Origin: Paraspadella gotoi
Taxonomy: Eukaryota; Animalia; Chaetognatha
DNA length: 64,000 bases
Direction: 5' to 3'
Assembly (NCBI GenBank): GCA_051294375.1
Contig: CM119265.1
Coordinates: forward strand, 4,801,815 to 4,865,814
Below, in pieces: positions 47,076-59,753 of the stretch (position 1 is the stretch's first letter; each line of letters opens with the position of its first letter). The position numbers were made by a program, and so were the translations under genes. Below the pieces are notes generated by a model, which was given only the letters and a program-made list of their open reading frames with translations, ran no database searches and was not told the origin of the DNA.

Positions 47076-48214
47076 NNNNNNNNNNNNNNNNNNNNNNNNN
47101 NNNNNNNNNNNNNNNNNNNNNNNNNNNNNNNNNNNNNNNNNNNNNNNNNNNNNNNNNNNNNNNNNNNNNNNNNNNNNNNNNNNNNNNNNNNNNNNNNNNN
47201 NNNNNNNNNNNNNNNNNNNNNNNNNNNNCGCCGTGAATGATGACAGGCTAAGGGCTGGATGGCTGGTGTGACAAAGGAGAAATAACTGATCAGACGATAA
47301 TCCATATGATTTAAATTAAGAAAGTGAATCACGCTTAACAGTCTGTGAACGATTCTTGTTTAGGATCGTGAGTTGGAAACTCCCGCAATGAGTGATGGCG
47401 ATAAAAGCTCAGAGCGAACGAGTTAAAAAATCCGGAAAAATCGGTGATAATCGAACAAATTTATCAAACGGGTTTTTTTTTCACGAATCCCGTTTGGAAT
47501 GGGAGAGAAAAATGGCAAAAAATCCAAGTCTGAGATTTAATTAATCACACAAATTAATCTTTAAAAATGACACAAGTTAGTAGAATCGCGCGAAATGATA
47601 AAAAGGTCCGATTAAAAAGACGAATTTCTTAACTGCGACTCAATTGACGCTTTTGGAACGTTTGAAAGATGAAGAGGAAAATGATAAATAAAACAAAGGG
47701 GAGAAGGAAGAGCCCATATGGGTGGGAAATGCTTTGGATGTACAGGCGCCGCTTGTCTCGTTCTAATGATTCATAAACTGGCAAAAAAAAAAGGAAAAAA
47801 ATGGGGGAACTTCCTTCCGACGTCGGACCCAAAGGCGCCGCGTCATCTCTCGATCCTCAGGGACGTCGACGCTTTCCGGCCGCCACGCCCTCGGCTCAGC
47901 GGAGAAGGTCGCCGGAATCCTCTTACCACCTTTAGCCACTTTTAAAATTGTCCTTCTTCTACATAGAATTTTTAAATATAATTCGAAAGAACTAATCTAA
48001 CGAAACCTCTTCCAACCAGCTACGCCGCCCTACACTTTCTCGATGCTCGAATACCCTTTCTTCTTTCCCCTTTTTACGTCCTTGCCACCTCGACAATTTT
48101 CCACCTCGAAATCGCCCCCCCCCTGCCCCCGTTAATTCATTCCCTCCTCCTCTTCCCCCCCCTTCGCGTCGAGGGGCAAACGAGCATCGAGTCCGCGTCA
48201 GCAGAAAAATTTTC

Positions 48215-48310
48215 CCATTACGCATCTCGCCTCCCGCGCGCGACGCAATTCCGCTCTCGGCGCTACGCATTCCGCTATTGGCGCTACGCATTCGGCATTT
48301 GCCATTACGC
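48215..48310 (+). repeat. Degenerate ~21-bp tandem repeat
   Basis: acgcaattccgctctcggcgct / acgcattccgctattggcgct / acgcattcggcatttgccatt / acgc. Confidence 0.7.
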
Positions 48311-48565
48311 GTTAAGGGATACTCAAACTTCAAGCCCAAAGCTCGTTTTTGTTTTATTGTCTGGGTTGAGATGTAAGTAAGCAATGTGCGGTAATGCAGT
48401 GAGAAGGAAGTTGGTGAAATGATAAAAAAAAAAAAATGGAGGACGAGAAATTTATTTCAAAAGCGTGAAAATAAAATGAAGTCGATATTTAAAGCGAAGG
48501 CAGGAGAAAGAAAACAGAAGGAAGAAAATATAACATTTTTAATTGAAAAAAAAAATTGGAGAGAG

Positions 48566-48620
<55 letters not shown>

Positions 48621-49540
48621 AGAGAGAGAGAGAGTCATTAAATATTTTTTCCCTAGATACGCGAGAATGTAAATGTTTTTCTTTGGTTTGAATTAAACTC
48701 GCGTCGAATTTTGTTTCCGTTGATTCATCGTCGATGCGAAGATTACAATTTTTTCTTCTTTTCTTTTTTTTTCGATTTTCTTTTTCTTTTTTTCTTCTTT
48801 TCCCAAAATAAAATCGGCGAAATGATTTTATTTTTCTCTCTTTCTTTTGTCTGTGGAGGAAAAAGAAAAGAATTCTAGGATTTTTATCGGAGTCTTCGGG
48901 GCTTATTGGATTATGTATGGGTTTCCTTACTTTTTTTAATTTTGTTCTTTTTTAGTTTAGTATATCTTTTTTTTGTAATATTTATTCGCTTCAATACATT
49001 TCGTTTCAGGATTGAATAAAGGAGACGAAGTAAGAGAAAAAAATACAATCGGAAATATTGTCGATATAAATTTGAAATTGAGGGAAAATGAAAGAGATAA
49101 ATTAAAAGAAGAAAAAGTTACTCTACTTAATAAATGTGACAGGAAAAGAAAAGAGCCAAAGAAGACAAAAGCAAAATCGATGATGGAAAGTTTAAAGAAA
49201 CGAATTTGAGTTCGCCTTTGTTTTGCGCCGATCAAGTACATACGTAGACTACAATGTGGCTTGTTTTTAATGGGATTTCTCAAGACAATGTTCCGAAAAA
49301 TTAAATGTCAACTTGAGAGGAAAGAGCGAAGTTTTTTGTGGAGTAAGTAAAAATAAAAAATGATAAGATGATGAAGTATATTATTACTTTTATAGTTATA
49401 AATGGTGCGTCGAAAGGAAAGAATATGAAAGTAAGAATAAAAAATATTGAAATTCTAAGAAAAATTAATTATCGATTAATTTTTCACGCTGACTCTTTTT
49501 CTTGAGCTTTCTCCTTTCCTCTCTATTTAAGTTCCTCCAT

Positions 49541-49595
<55 letters not shown>

Positions 49596-51220
49596 CTTCT
49601 CTCCATTCTACTCGTTTTTTTACTTTCACTTTCACATTCTCCTTGTTTTTTTTCTCTCACACTCGTTCAAAATCAATTTGAAATTCAAATTTACGATTTA
49701 CTCTCATTCCATTCCCACCTCAGCCTCGTTCCAATTTTATTTTCCTCTTCTTTCGCTCTCCCTCCTTTTCCTCCGGCCACCGGCAGAAGTTGCGTTTGCA
49801 AGCGGACAGCGACATCTGTGTTGTTGATAGTTGAAGTTTCGATTCAATCAAACGAGAAACTGGTTTTGCATTAAATCTCAAAACATCATACGTAGAAATT
49901 CGAAAATCAAATGAAGACCAAAAAGTCTCATTATTGGCTAAGGATTAAATCTAAAAATTGAGAAAATTGAAAAAATCGATGAAAATTTCTTTTGAATTTG
50001 AATTTTAAAATATGCAAATTGAAAATTGAATCTCAGCTCTTCTCTCCAAACCTCCTCACACGGAGTCAGTGACCTGTGATTGCAGAGCGACTAAACTGTA
50101 ACCACCATTTGGTCGAATATCCAAGTAGCGTCGGTCTTCAAGTCATGTGACCCTGTCTTNNNNNNNNNNNNNNNNNNNNNNNNNNNNNNNNNNNNNNNNN
50201 NNNNNNNNNNNNNNNNNNNNNNNNNNNNNNNNNNNNNNNNNNNNNNNNNNNNNNNNNNNNNNNNNNNNNNNNNNNNNNNNNNNNNNNNNNNNNNNNNNNN
50301 NNNNNNNNNNNNNNNNNNNNNNNNNNNNNNNNNNNNNNNNNNNNNNNNNNNNNNNNNNNNNNNNNNNNNNNNNNNNNNNNNNNNNNNNNNNNNNNNNNNN
50401 NNNNNNNNNNNNNNNNNNNNNNNNNNNNNNNCCGGTGGCGTCAAATGCAAATGTCGCCAAAACGGGTCGTGTACAGGACGTTCAATCGCGAATCGAACTT
50501 ACTCGGCAACCAGAAACTCACCACTTTTTTTCCCCTTCTTTTCTCTTTCGGAGAATTGTTTGATCGAGAAGTTGGAGACCCACCCGTGCGTCGGCGAAGG
50601 TTTAAACTACAAAGAGACCTACCTCGTTTCTGGGTCACGCTAATGAAGTCGATTCTCAAACTCTGAAAACCGAATCTTGTTTGCCGTCACAGGTTTTCAG
50701 AAAATCAGAGAAAACATTGAAACCTCGTTTTGTCAGCTGTCTTTGTTTGGGCGCTCTCTTTCCGTCTCTCTCTCTCTCTCTCTCTCGTCATCTCTCTCTC
50801 TTCCCTCTCTCCTCTATTTCTCCTCGTCTTTTTTTTTTTCTCCGGTTGAACTAAATTATCTCGCCATGTTTCCACCTCATTTTTGTTATCGCATTTTCCC
50901 AGGGAATTGTACTTTAGAGTGCTTGCTCTCTCTTACCCACATCTCTTCCTCTCCTCTCTCTCTCCTCTTCCTTCCTCATCTCATCGCAGGCTCTTCTCTC
51001 CCGGTTCTCTCTCGACTCTCCTGCATTGTCATCTTTCTCGTGCTCTCTCTGTCTTTCTCATCAATTTCCCGACAAAAAAAAAAAACTGCTCTTTCTAACA
51101 TGATAGAGCCTCATAAAAAGGTTTTGGAGGCTTTTTTTTCCTTTCATGAATGAAATGAATGTAAAAGGGGGAAAGTGAGAGAGAAAGAGAGAGAGGATAG
51201 AGAAGAAGAGGAGAGAGAGA

Positions 51221-51302
<82 letters not shown>

Positions 51303-51628
51303 TTCTATTCTTGGATTCGGCGGAATGGCGAAATCGAATTGTACAGAGAGTAAGTCGTTAGGTTGAAAGAAAATAAAACTTTTTTAGGTCTTTACACTTG
51401 ACCTTTTTCTTTCCCACTTTTTTTATTTAAATTTCTTTATTTCTTTATTTCTTTATTTCTCTATTTATTTTTTTTTCTTCAATTCATCAAGCGAAACAAT
51501 AAAATTTAAATTTCTAAAAAAGTCGATAACTAAGAAGCAGAAAAAAATATTATTGCCTCTTGGAAACAAAAGGTTCATTGAGAATCTATGTTTGCGACTT
51601 TGCGTGGAGCGCGGAAGAAAAATCAATA

Positions 51629-51665
<37 letters not shown>

Positions 51666-53879
51666 CAGGTAGAGAGAAAAAAAAATTCCTGGTGAGTCGT
51701 CGACGCGCGCATATTGATTGGGAAAACGTCAACCCCGACGAAGCGAAGGTCGACGGAATTGGGTGAGTGGGAATCGAGGTAAGTTCGAAGGGAGAGAGGG
51801 GAGGCTGAGCGGGACGCGGGGTGAGGCTGAGGTGAGTTCGGGTGGCCTCTTTCAAGGCAGGATCACCTGCGTGACGAAAGAGAAAATTTCTTTTTATTTT
51901 CTCTTTGAGATCTCAGGTTGTCGAATTCCGGAGGTCGTTTCGTGCGAATGAAACCAAAGGATTTCGACTTAAATCTATAATACTAACTAAAACTAACAAG
52001 TTACTAAATAACGAACGAAAATAATCACACTATGCGACTACGAAACGAAGGATTTAACAATAGTTAACATCTGTATGCTTAGTGAACGACTTCTTTTTAT
52101 TTTCCGCTTCGTTCCTGATTGAATTAAATCCCCTACCTTAGAAAAAAAAACATTTTTGTATTTGTATTCAACCCTTTTTTTCGACGCTTACCCTTTGGGA
52201 CGAAAAAGAAATATAAGGAGAGAAAACAAAAAACAAGAAAATAAGGAAGGGAGGAAAAAATAGAAAAAGGAAGGGAGGAAAAAAGTAGTAATAAAATGCG
52301 ATTGAGAGGAAAAAAACAACTTTCGACCCCAAAGCCAAGTAGTAGAGGCTTGAGTTTGTTTGTTTTCATTTTATAGCTGACATGGTCTTCGTCGTCGTTG
52401 TCGTCGTCGACGTCGTCTTATCGTCTTTGCTGTCGTCTTCATCGTCGTCTTTGCCAGTATTTGGCTTGGATTCGGAAAGGGTTTTTTCCAGACATGAAAT
52501 TTCTTCCTCCTTTTTTTTCCGATTTTATTTGTTTTGATTACAAATTCGATACGAAATAAGAGGTTTTAAGTGATCGATTTCGTCCGACAGAGAGCAGAAC
52601 TGGAGGCCGAATTAAAAAAAACAAAAGACCTAACTACTTCTATAGAATAGGTTCGCAATTGTTTTTTGGTCATTTTTATTTCGGTCATTTGACTAGGACA
52701 GAGCCTCCTTGATTCTTTAAATTACAAAACCAAACAAAATTCTAAGAACAAAAACGAAGTTATCAAAAAAAAAAGAAAATTTTCATCCATTCAGTAAAAC
52801 CAACGAATTGAATTGCAGAACAGAATTTTTTTTTCCCCTTCTCTCTCGTGCGTGGTAATTTATTCGTTAAGGTTGAGGTAAAAAAGAAAAAAATATGTCA
52901 AAAAACCCTTTTTTTCTAATCTTTATCTTTTTTTTTTATTCTTTGTTTCTCTCCCTTTGTCTTTCTCCTTTTTTTCTCGATGCCCATTTGGCATCAACTC
53001 TTATTCTCCTTTTTCTTTCCGCGCACTGCTACAGTTTTTGCCAAAATGGTTTTTTGTCCGCTTCTACTAACGACATGACTGGACCGCCGCTGTTGCAGGA
53101 ACCCAGTCGCAGTCGCAGCAGCAGCAGCCTCAACAGCAGCCGCGGAATCCGATCGATTTTTTCTCTACAAATCGAAAGCGAAATTCGATGCAGAACAAAT
53201 TTGAGGAGATTCGACGTCATTAATGCGTCGCGTGTCGATTTCGAAGAAACGTCGGCGGAAGAAATGTGGGCGCCTAAATTTCTTTAATCTTCAAAGGTTA
53301 TTTGAAAATAAAACATAGATAGATTAGATACATAACGATCTAAATAAACTACTTAAAGCACAAGCCTATTAAGAACGTCCTTTAAGCGCGCCTTTTGAGA
53401 GCCAATCGGCGCCTTATGAGTGCCGGCGGTCGCCTTTTAAAATCCGGCTCTCCTCACGCCCTCCCTTCCACTGCCGGCTCCGCTCGCTTCTTTCTAAGCT
53501 CGATTCTGGGTTAATGCGTTTGAAGTGGACGAGAAAAGCGGGAGGCGACTCGGGCTCATCCGCTCTTCACCTGTATATCATCGTCGTCGTCATCTCTATC
53601 TTTACCCTACTTTTTATCTCTTTAACATCTCAGTGTTCGAGATCTGATGATGACTCACTCCATCGACTCACCAACTCTCCATCATCACCAGAAATCGGTT
53701 TCACAAAGACTCTATATTTCACTCTCTCTCTATCTCTGTCGTTAGCCCCATCTCCCTTCCTCAATTTTTCGCGCCAGGACCGTTGAAGACCCGCCTCATT
53801 CGTGTTTCGCCCCAAATTGTAGATACACTCGAGACGAACGTGGGAGGAATGTCATCTCTCATCGTCTTTTCTAGCTGTG

Positions 53880-53915
<36 letters not shown>

Positions 53916-54050
53916 GTCTTCGTCTTTTTTGTTACTGTATGCCGATTTTCTATTTCTAATTCATTTCTATTCTCTTTGGTGGACCCGATCGGCTTTTCTC
54001 TCTCTCTTTCTTCTCTCTCTCTCCTCTCCTCTCTCTTCTTCTCTCCCTCT

Positions 54051-54095
<45 letters not shown>

Positions 54096-54309
54096 TCTCT
54101 CTCTCTCTCACATTTCGATTATAAATATAAGGTTTCAGTAATTTTCTCTCATTTGCTTCGGCAAATGGAAGTTCTTTAGGGATTTTGTGTTTCGTGTTTC
54201 AACCAAGAAAATAGTTTTTTTTCTGTTTTTAATTTTTTTCTCTTTCTCTCTCTCTTCGGTAAATTAAGGGGAAAGAAGTTAATGTTTTTTTCTAGAGAGA
54301 GGGAGAGAG

Positions 54310-54349
<40 letters not shown>

Positions 54350-55633
54350 ATTCTGAGACGTAAAAAAAGATTGCTTTCTCCATTTCACTCAGAAAAAGAA
54401 GACATCGTAGGTGGATGTAAAGATCAGGAAAAAAAAACAATAAAAAAAAAATCAAGACGAATGACCGCGAAAAAGAAACGAGATAAGAAACAAGAACAAA
54501 ATAAAAACAAACCAAAAAAATGGAAACAAAAGTGACGATGAGAATTGAAATTTTTTTAAGAAATTGGAGTCGAGGGAGGAAACGGGGAAATCAAGTGGGA
54601 GAAGTGAAGAAAGAGACTTAGTAAAGAGGACGAAAAGACAAAATACTGTAAAAAAAATATATATTTTTTTATAAAAAAAAAGCAGAAAAAATAAACGGAA
54701 ATTTTCGGTTTTTTTTCCAGGAAACAATTCTTGTCCCCCCACCCTCGTCTTTTCTGTATCGAGCAAAAAGTCGAAATCTTTTTCTATAGCCCGAGGAAAA
54801 CCGAGAGAAACCCAACTAAGCTTCCGCTAGATCTTTTTTACCCTCCTCTCTAGCCTCTCCTCTTTCCCCCTCCCCCCTCACCCCCCCTCACCCCTCCCCC
54901 CCACACCCCCCGACAAACACAGAAACCTCGTGCTCAAAAAAAAAAAAAAAATTAAAAAACCTCAAGAGCTGAAAAAAAATAATCTCCCTGAGCGTCAAAT
55001 GAGATTCTTTTCTTTTTTCTTTTTTTTTTTTATATTTAACTCTTAAAAAAAAAAGATTATTTTCTTGTTATTCGGCTACACTTTTGTTTTTTTTTTTTTT
55101 TGCCTCACGAACCAAAACAAAGGGGCAATTAGATCCCAGGCGGCGAGGTCTCTTTTTTGGCTGAGGACCTTAGAAGACAAAGACGAATCCCGATGCGCCG
55201 TCTGCGGTTCGATCCCGAGTCGATTCTTTTTATTTTTTGTGAAAATGCTTTTTGCTTTGGATAGAGACCGTGTAACGTTTTTTTTATTTGATAAATTTTA
55301 GACGAGTGTAGATTTTTAGAAAAGTGATGGTGGATAGTGATAAAGAAAGGTTGGCATCTGTGACCTCCAAGTCCTCTCTATTTTTTTCTTTCTCCGCTCT
55401 CTTCGATTTCCTTTTCCTCTTTTCTCTCTTCTTTTTTTTCTTAACTAAAACTTCAATGATTCTCTAACAAAATCAAAATAACTGAAAAACTTGCATCAGT
55501 ATGTACGATGATAAAGGTGAAGCTGACAAAATGATATGTAACTCGTTTTGACTTTGGTGGGGTCAACGTTTGTGAGAAACTCCACCGCAAAGATGCTGCT
55601 CACCTTTCTAGAGCACATTTGTATTTTTTGCGA

Positions 55634-55691
<58 letters not shown>

Positions 55692-58600
55692 ATTTACTAT
55701 TTTTTCTTCCATCTCTCTGCGGTTATCGAGTTTAACGAAGACGTGATCTTCTCGATCTTCGTGATATTTTCACTTTTTTCGTGATTCTTTCTTCTTTTCT
55801 TCGCTGAATCTATCGAGTCGAGGAAGTGAAAAATTAAGAGAGTGAGGGAAAGAGAGAGTAGGACTCTGGGAGAAGGCGTGTGAGAGACTGGGTGTGGCGC
55901 GGGGAATTGGAGGCGTCGCTGGAGAGGAGAGTCCATATAAGGACAATCCTGAGAGAAGTAAGCGCAATATGACACTTTCGGTCTCAAGTGGAACATTTTG
56001 TCACCCCGTTGCCAATTATACTTACCCTCCCCCCCCTCTTTCCAAATCCCATTCACTTTTTCCGCCAACGTAATCTGAGTATGATGTCATTCTGTCAACC
56101 CCCGCTCTCCCGCCAGGAATAAGTGGCGGGAAGAAATGTCGAAATGTCAAAAGTCTGGCAGGTCGAGGCGCCACCGGAAAAAAAAACGGAAGTCAAAAAG
56201 ACGGAGGCAAACAAAGGAACATAAGGCGGGAGGTCTCGTTTCCGTTCAATATATTTTTTTATGTTAATCAGTTTGAAGTTATTTATTTTTATTTTCTTTT
56301 TTTTTTTTTGATAAAAAAAAGGCTTATGCGAGCACGCACGTAATTTCTCTTTCCAAAAATACTCGAGTTTTTTTTTGTTTGCCAATCTTTTTTAGCTCAA
56401 GTTTTATTTTCAAAATTTTAGATTTTTTTTTTCAATTGAGGGGGGGCTTCTGATCTGGCCGTTTTATCACGTAAAAAAACCAGCATCATGAATCAAGTAT
56501 TTCTTAAAACGGGGTAAAACCGAAAAGTTTAAACCAGAGATGTGGACGCGATCCGGAAAGCGAAAGGGAACTCCGTGGAAGCGGTCGATTTTTGGGGAAA
56601 GCGAAAGTGGGAGCGATAGAAAAATTGAGAATAAGGGATTGAACCCGAAACTGTTTACTGGATTGTAAAAAATTTACCCCGTTTTATGCCGCCCTCTGCC
56701 CTAAAAAAAAAAAAAAAACTCCGATCTGTGAAAGAGGAAAAACACGATTGTACCTATTTAACCGGTTCTCTACATTATGATTATGCATGAGAAGAGGAGG
56801 AGGGGAGAGGGAGAGAGGGAAAACAAACTTCTCTTCCTGCCGGCATGAACGATGTTGGTATCTCTCCATGGGCATCTCCTCTTTTCTCTCTATTCTTTTT
56901 TTTNNNNNNNNNNNNNNNNNNNNNNNNNNNNNNNNNNNNNNNNNNNNNNNNNNNNNNNNNNNNNNNNNNNNNNNNNNNNNNNNNNNNNNNNNNNNNNNNN
57001 NNNNNNNNNNNNNNNNNNNNNNNNNNNNNNNNNNNNNNNNNNNNNNNNNNNNNNNNNNNNNNNNNNNNNNNNNNNNNNNNNNNNNNNNNNNNNNNNNNNN
57101 NNNNNNNNNNNNNNNNNNNNNNNNNNNNNNNNNNNNNNNNNNNNNNNNNNNNNNNNNNNNNNNNNNNNNNNNNNNNNNNNNNNNNNNNNNNNNNNNNNNN
57201 NNNNNNNNNNNNNNNNNNNNNNNNNNNNNNNNNNNNNNNNNNNNNNNNNNNNNNNNNNNNNNNNNNNNTTTTTTTTCTAAATTCCGTCTTGGTTCCTCAT
57301 CTCAGAAAAGTCTCTCCCTATCTCTCTCTCTCTCTCTCTCTCTTCAGCCACGTCGATATTGATTACAATGTTTTCGTTTTGAGAATAGGCAATTTCTTTT
57401 CCACTCGCGAGGAGCGTGGGCCGCGATATTTATTTTGTTTTTCATTTTTTTTGTGGTTTGAGGGAGAGAGTTAATTTTTTTTTTCTATTTTAAAATTCGT
57501 TTTGAGCGACTCATCCAATCGATTGACGGGCAGACAGCGCCTCCATTTCGACTCCCGTCGACTCGAAAAGACTCGAATTTCAAATTCCGAAAAAGGGCGG
57601 TTGAGATAAAGACGCCGATGTGGCTGCTCGACTCTGGGGTTAAACGGGGTGGTTTGAAGCTATGAAGGGGGCTTTGATAAGGGTTAGGTTCAGGGCGCAA
57701 AGGAGCTTGAAGTTAGTGTAGGACTCAAAGACGAAACTAATAAAAACTCAGGACGTTTTGGTCAAGGCTGAAGGTAGGAGTGGGAAATCAAGGCTGAGGT
57801 GTTGATATACGATCCCTGAAGACGCTTATAAATATGGACAATATACTCTATTCACTATTAACTCCTGAAGAAAAGCACGGTTTTGAATAGAGCAAGATTT
57901 AAAAAAAAACCTGGTGAATTTTGTGATTCTCTCACATGGTGAAGAAAAAAAAAACCTGATGAAAGCTAAAACAAAGAGTGGGCTAAAGAGATTTCGGTGG
58001 AGAGCGAAGAGGGTAAGGGCCATCCACGCGATCCCCCACGGAGAATCGATTTCCAAAAAGAATCTCCAGATGAAAAAAGATTTTCACTCGAATGAAAACA
58101 AAAGAGTCGAGATAAAAAAACTCGTGTAAGAAATAACTCGACCATTACCAAATAGTGATTCTTTTATACTATAAAAAGCTTTTTTTTCTCTTTTCTCTTG
58201 TCTAAATAAAGAAAGGAAAAAAATAGATCTAGGGAAAAAAAACGCAAAGTTCAATTTTTNNNNNNNNNNNNNNNNNNNNNNNNNNNNNNNNNNNNNNNNN
58301 NNNNNNNNNNNNNNNNNNNNNNNNNNNNNNNNNNNNNNNNNNNNNNNNNNNNNNNNNNNNNNNNNNNNNNNNNNNNNNNNNNNNNNNNNNNNNNNNNNNN
58401 NNNNNNNNNNNNNNNNNNNNNNNNNNNNNNNNNNNNNNNNNNNNNNNNNNNNNNNNNNNNNNNNNNNNTCTCTCTCTCTCGCTCTCTCTCTAATTCTTGT
58501 TTTATCGTTTTTTCGACTTTTTTCCTCCTTTCATCGCTCTACTTTCTGCGTCCTAAGGTTTTTCTTTCATAAACCTGTCGCTTTTCATTCGAATTTCGAG

Positions 58601-59706
58601 CTTCCGTTCAACTTTTTTATTGGTTTTTGTTGGTCCCTTGTTTTTTTTCGTGTCCGAGTTTTTTCTTAATTTTCTGAATTTAATGTTTCAGATGATATTG
58701 TTTTCCCTTTCATTCTCAGCTTTACTTTAGAAATTAAATTCACGTGACTTGGTGAATTCACGAATGTTAGCATCTGAATCCCTCATGCCTGTAACCAGCA
58801 AACAATACCACGCTCTCCACTCGGATGTAATCGGCCCTATCTGTTCCCTACCCGAATATAACCGGATGAAATAACCCCCCAATAAGCTCCCAGTCCGGAT
58901 GTAACTGACCGCGTTACGTCCATCGCCCGCGGGCAAATCCAAGGTCTACACCGCCCTGTTCACATCCCTTTTTCCACCTCTTTTCTAAACCCCTACATCT
59001 CTTTTACCTTTCCCTCTTCTCTCTTTACTAATTTCTCCCTTCTTTGTTGGAAATCCGAGCNNNNNNNNNNNNNNNNNNNNNNNNNNNNNNNNNNNNNNNN
59101 NNNNNNNNNNNNNNNNNNNNNNNNNNNNNNNNNNNNNNNNNNNNNNNNNNNNNNNNNNNNNNNNNNNNNNNNNNNNNNNNNNNNNNNNNNNNNNNNNNNN
59201 NNNNNNNNNNNNNNNNNNNNNNNNNNNNNNNNNNNNNNNNNNCCTCGGGCGAGCACTTCCCGCGAAACCGGGTGCGCGTCGGCAGAGATCCCGTTACGTT
59301 AACCCTAGAAACTCCGCGGAAACGAGAGGCAGAGTCTTTGGTTTCTCAAGGTTTTCCTCGTCGTTGTTGTTGTCGTCGCGGTTTGTTGTTGTCGTTGTTG
59401 TGATTAAGAACAACCAATTTATTAGAGACGCTAAACTTTAGATTTACTTGTAATTTAACCTTTGTTCTGAAAGACATCCTTCATGCTTTCTGTAGTACGG
59501 AGGCGTATGTATTATTGTCTTTCCTTTATTTCTACCCTCTCAAAATTTAAGCCCTTGAGCTCTAAGGTCAAAGATTTCTTCTGCGGTTAACTTCGTCTCA
59601 AAAAGGTTTTTACGATTTTGTACTTGTATCTCCCGTCTTTGGGTTTGTTCCGACCCGCGGTTCAATGTGGTGTTGCCTTTCCTGTTCCCCGAGCGTGTTC
59701 GCGCCT

Positions 59707-59753
<47 letters not shown>

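Noticed and set aside
48215-48310. GC-rich 21-bp repeats as a possible structured RNA or tRNA
   Set aside because: No cloverleaf or A/B boxes seen. It is explained as a degenerate tandem repeat.
53029-53220. Minus-strand Leu/Arg stretch (RLLLRLLLLRLRL) resembling a signal peptide
   Set aside because: Wrong strand and position for the DDR gene. It derives from a short (CAG)n-like repeat.
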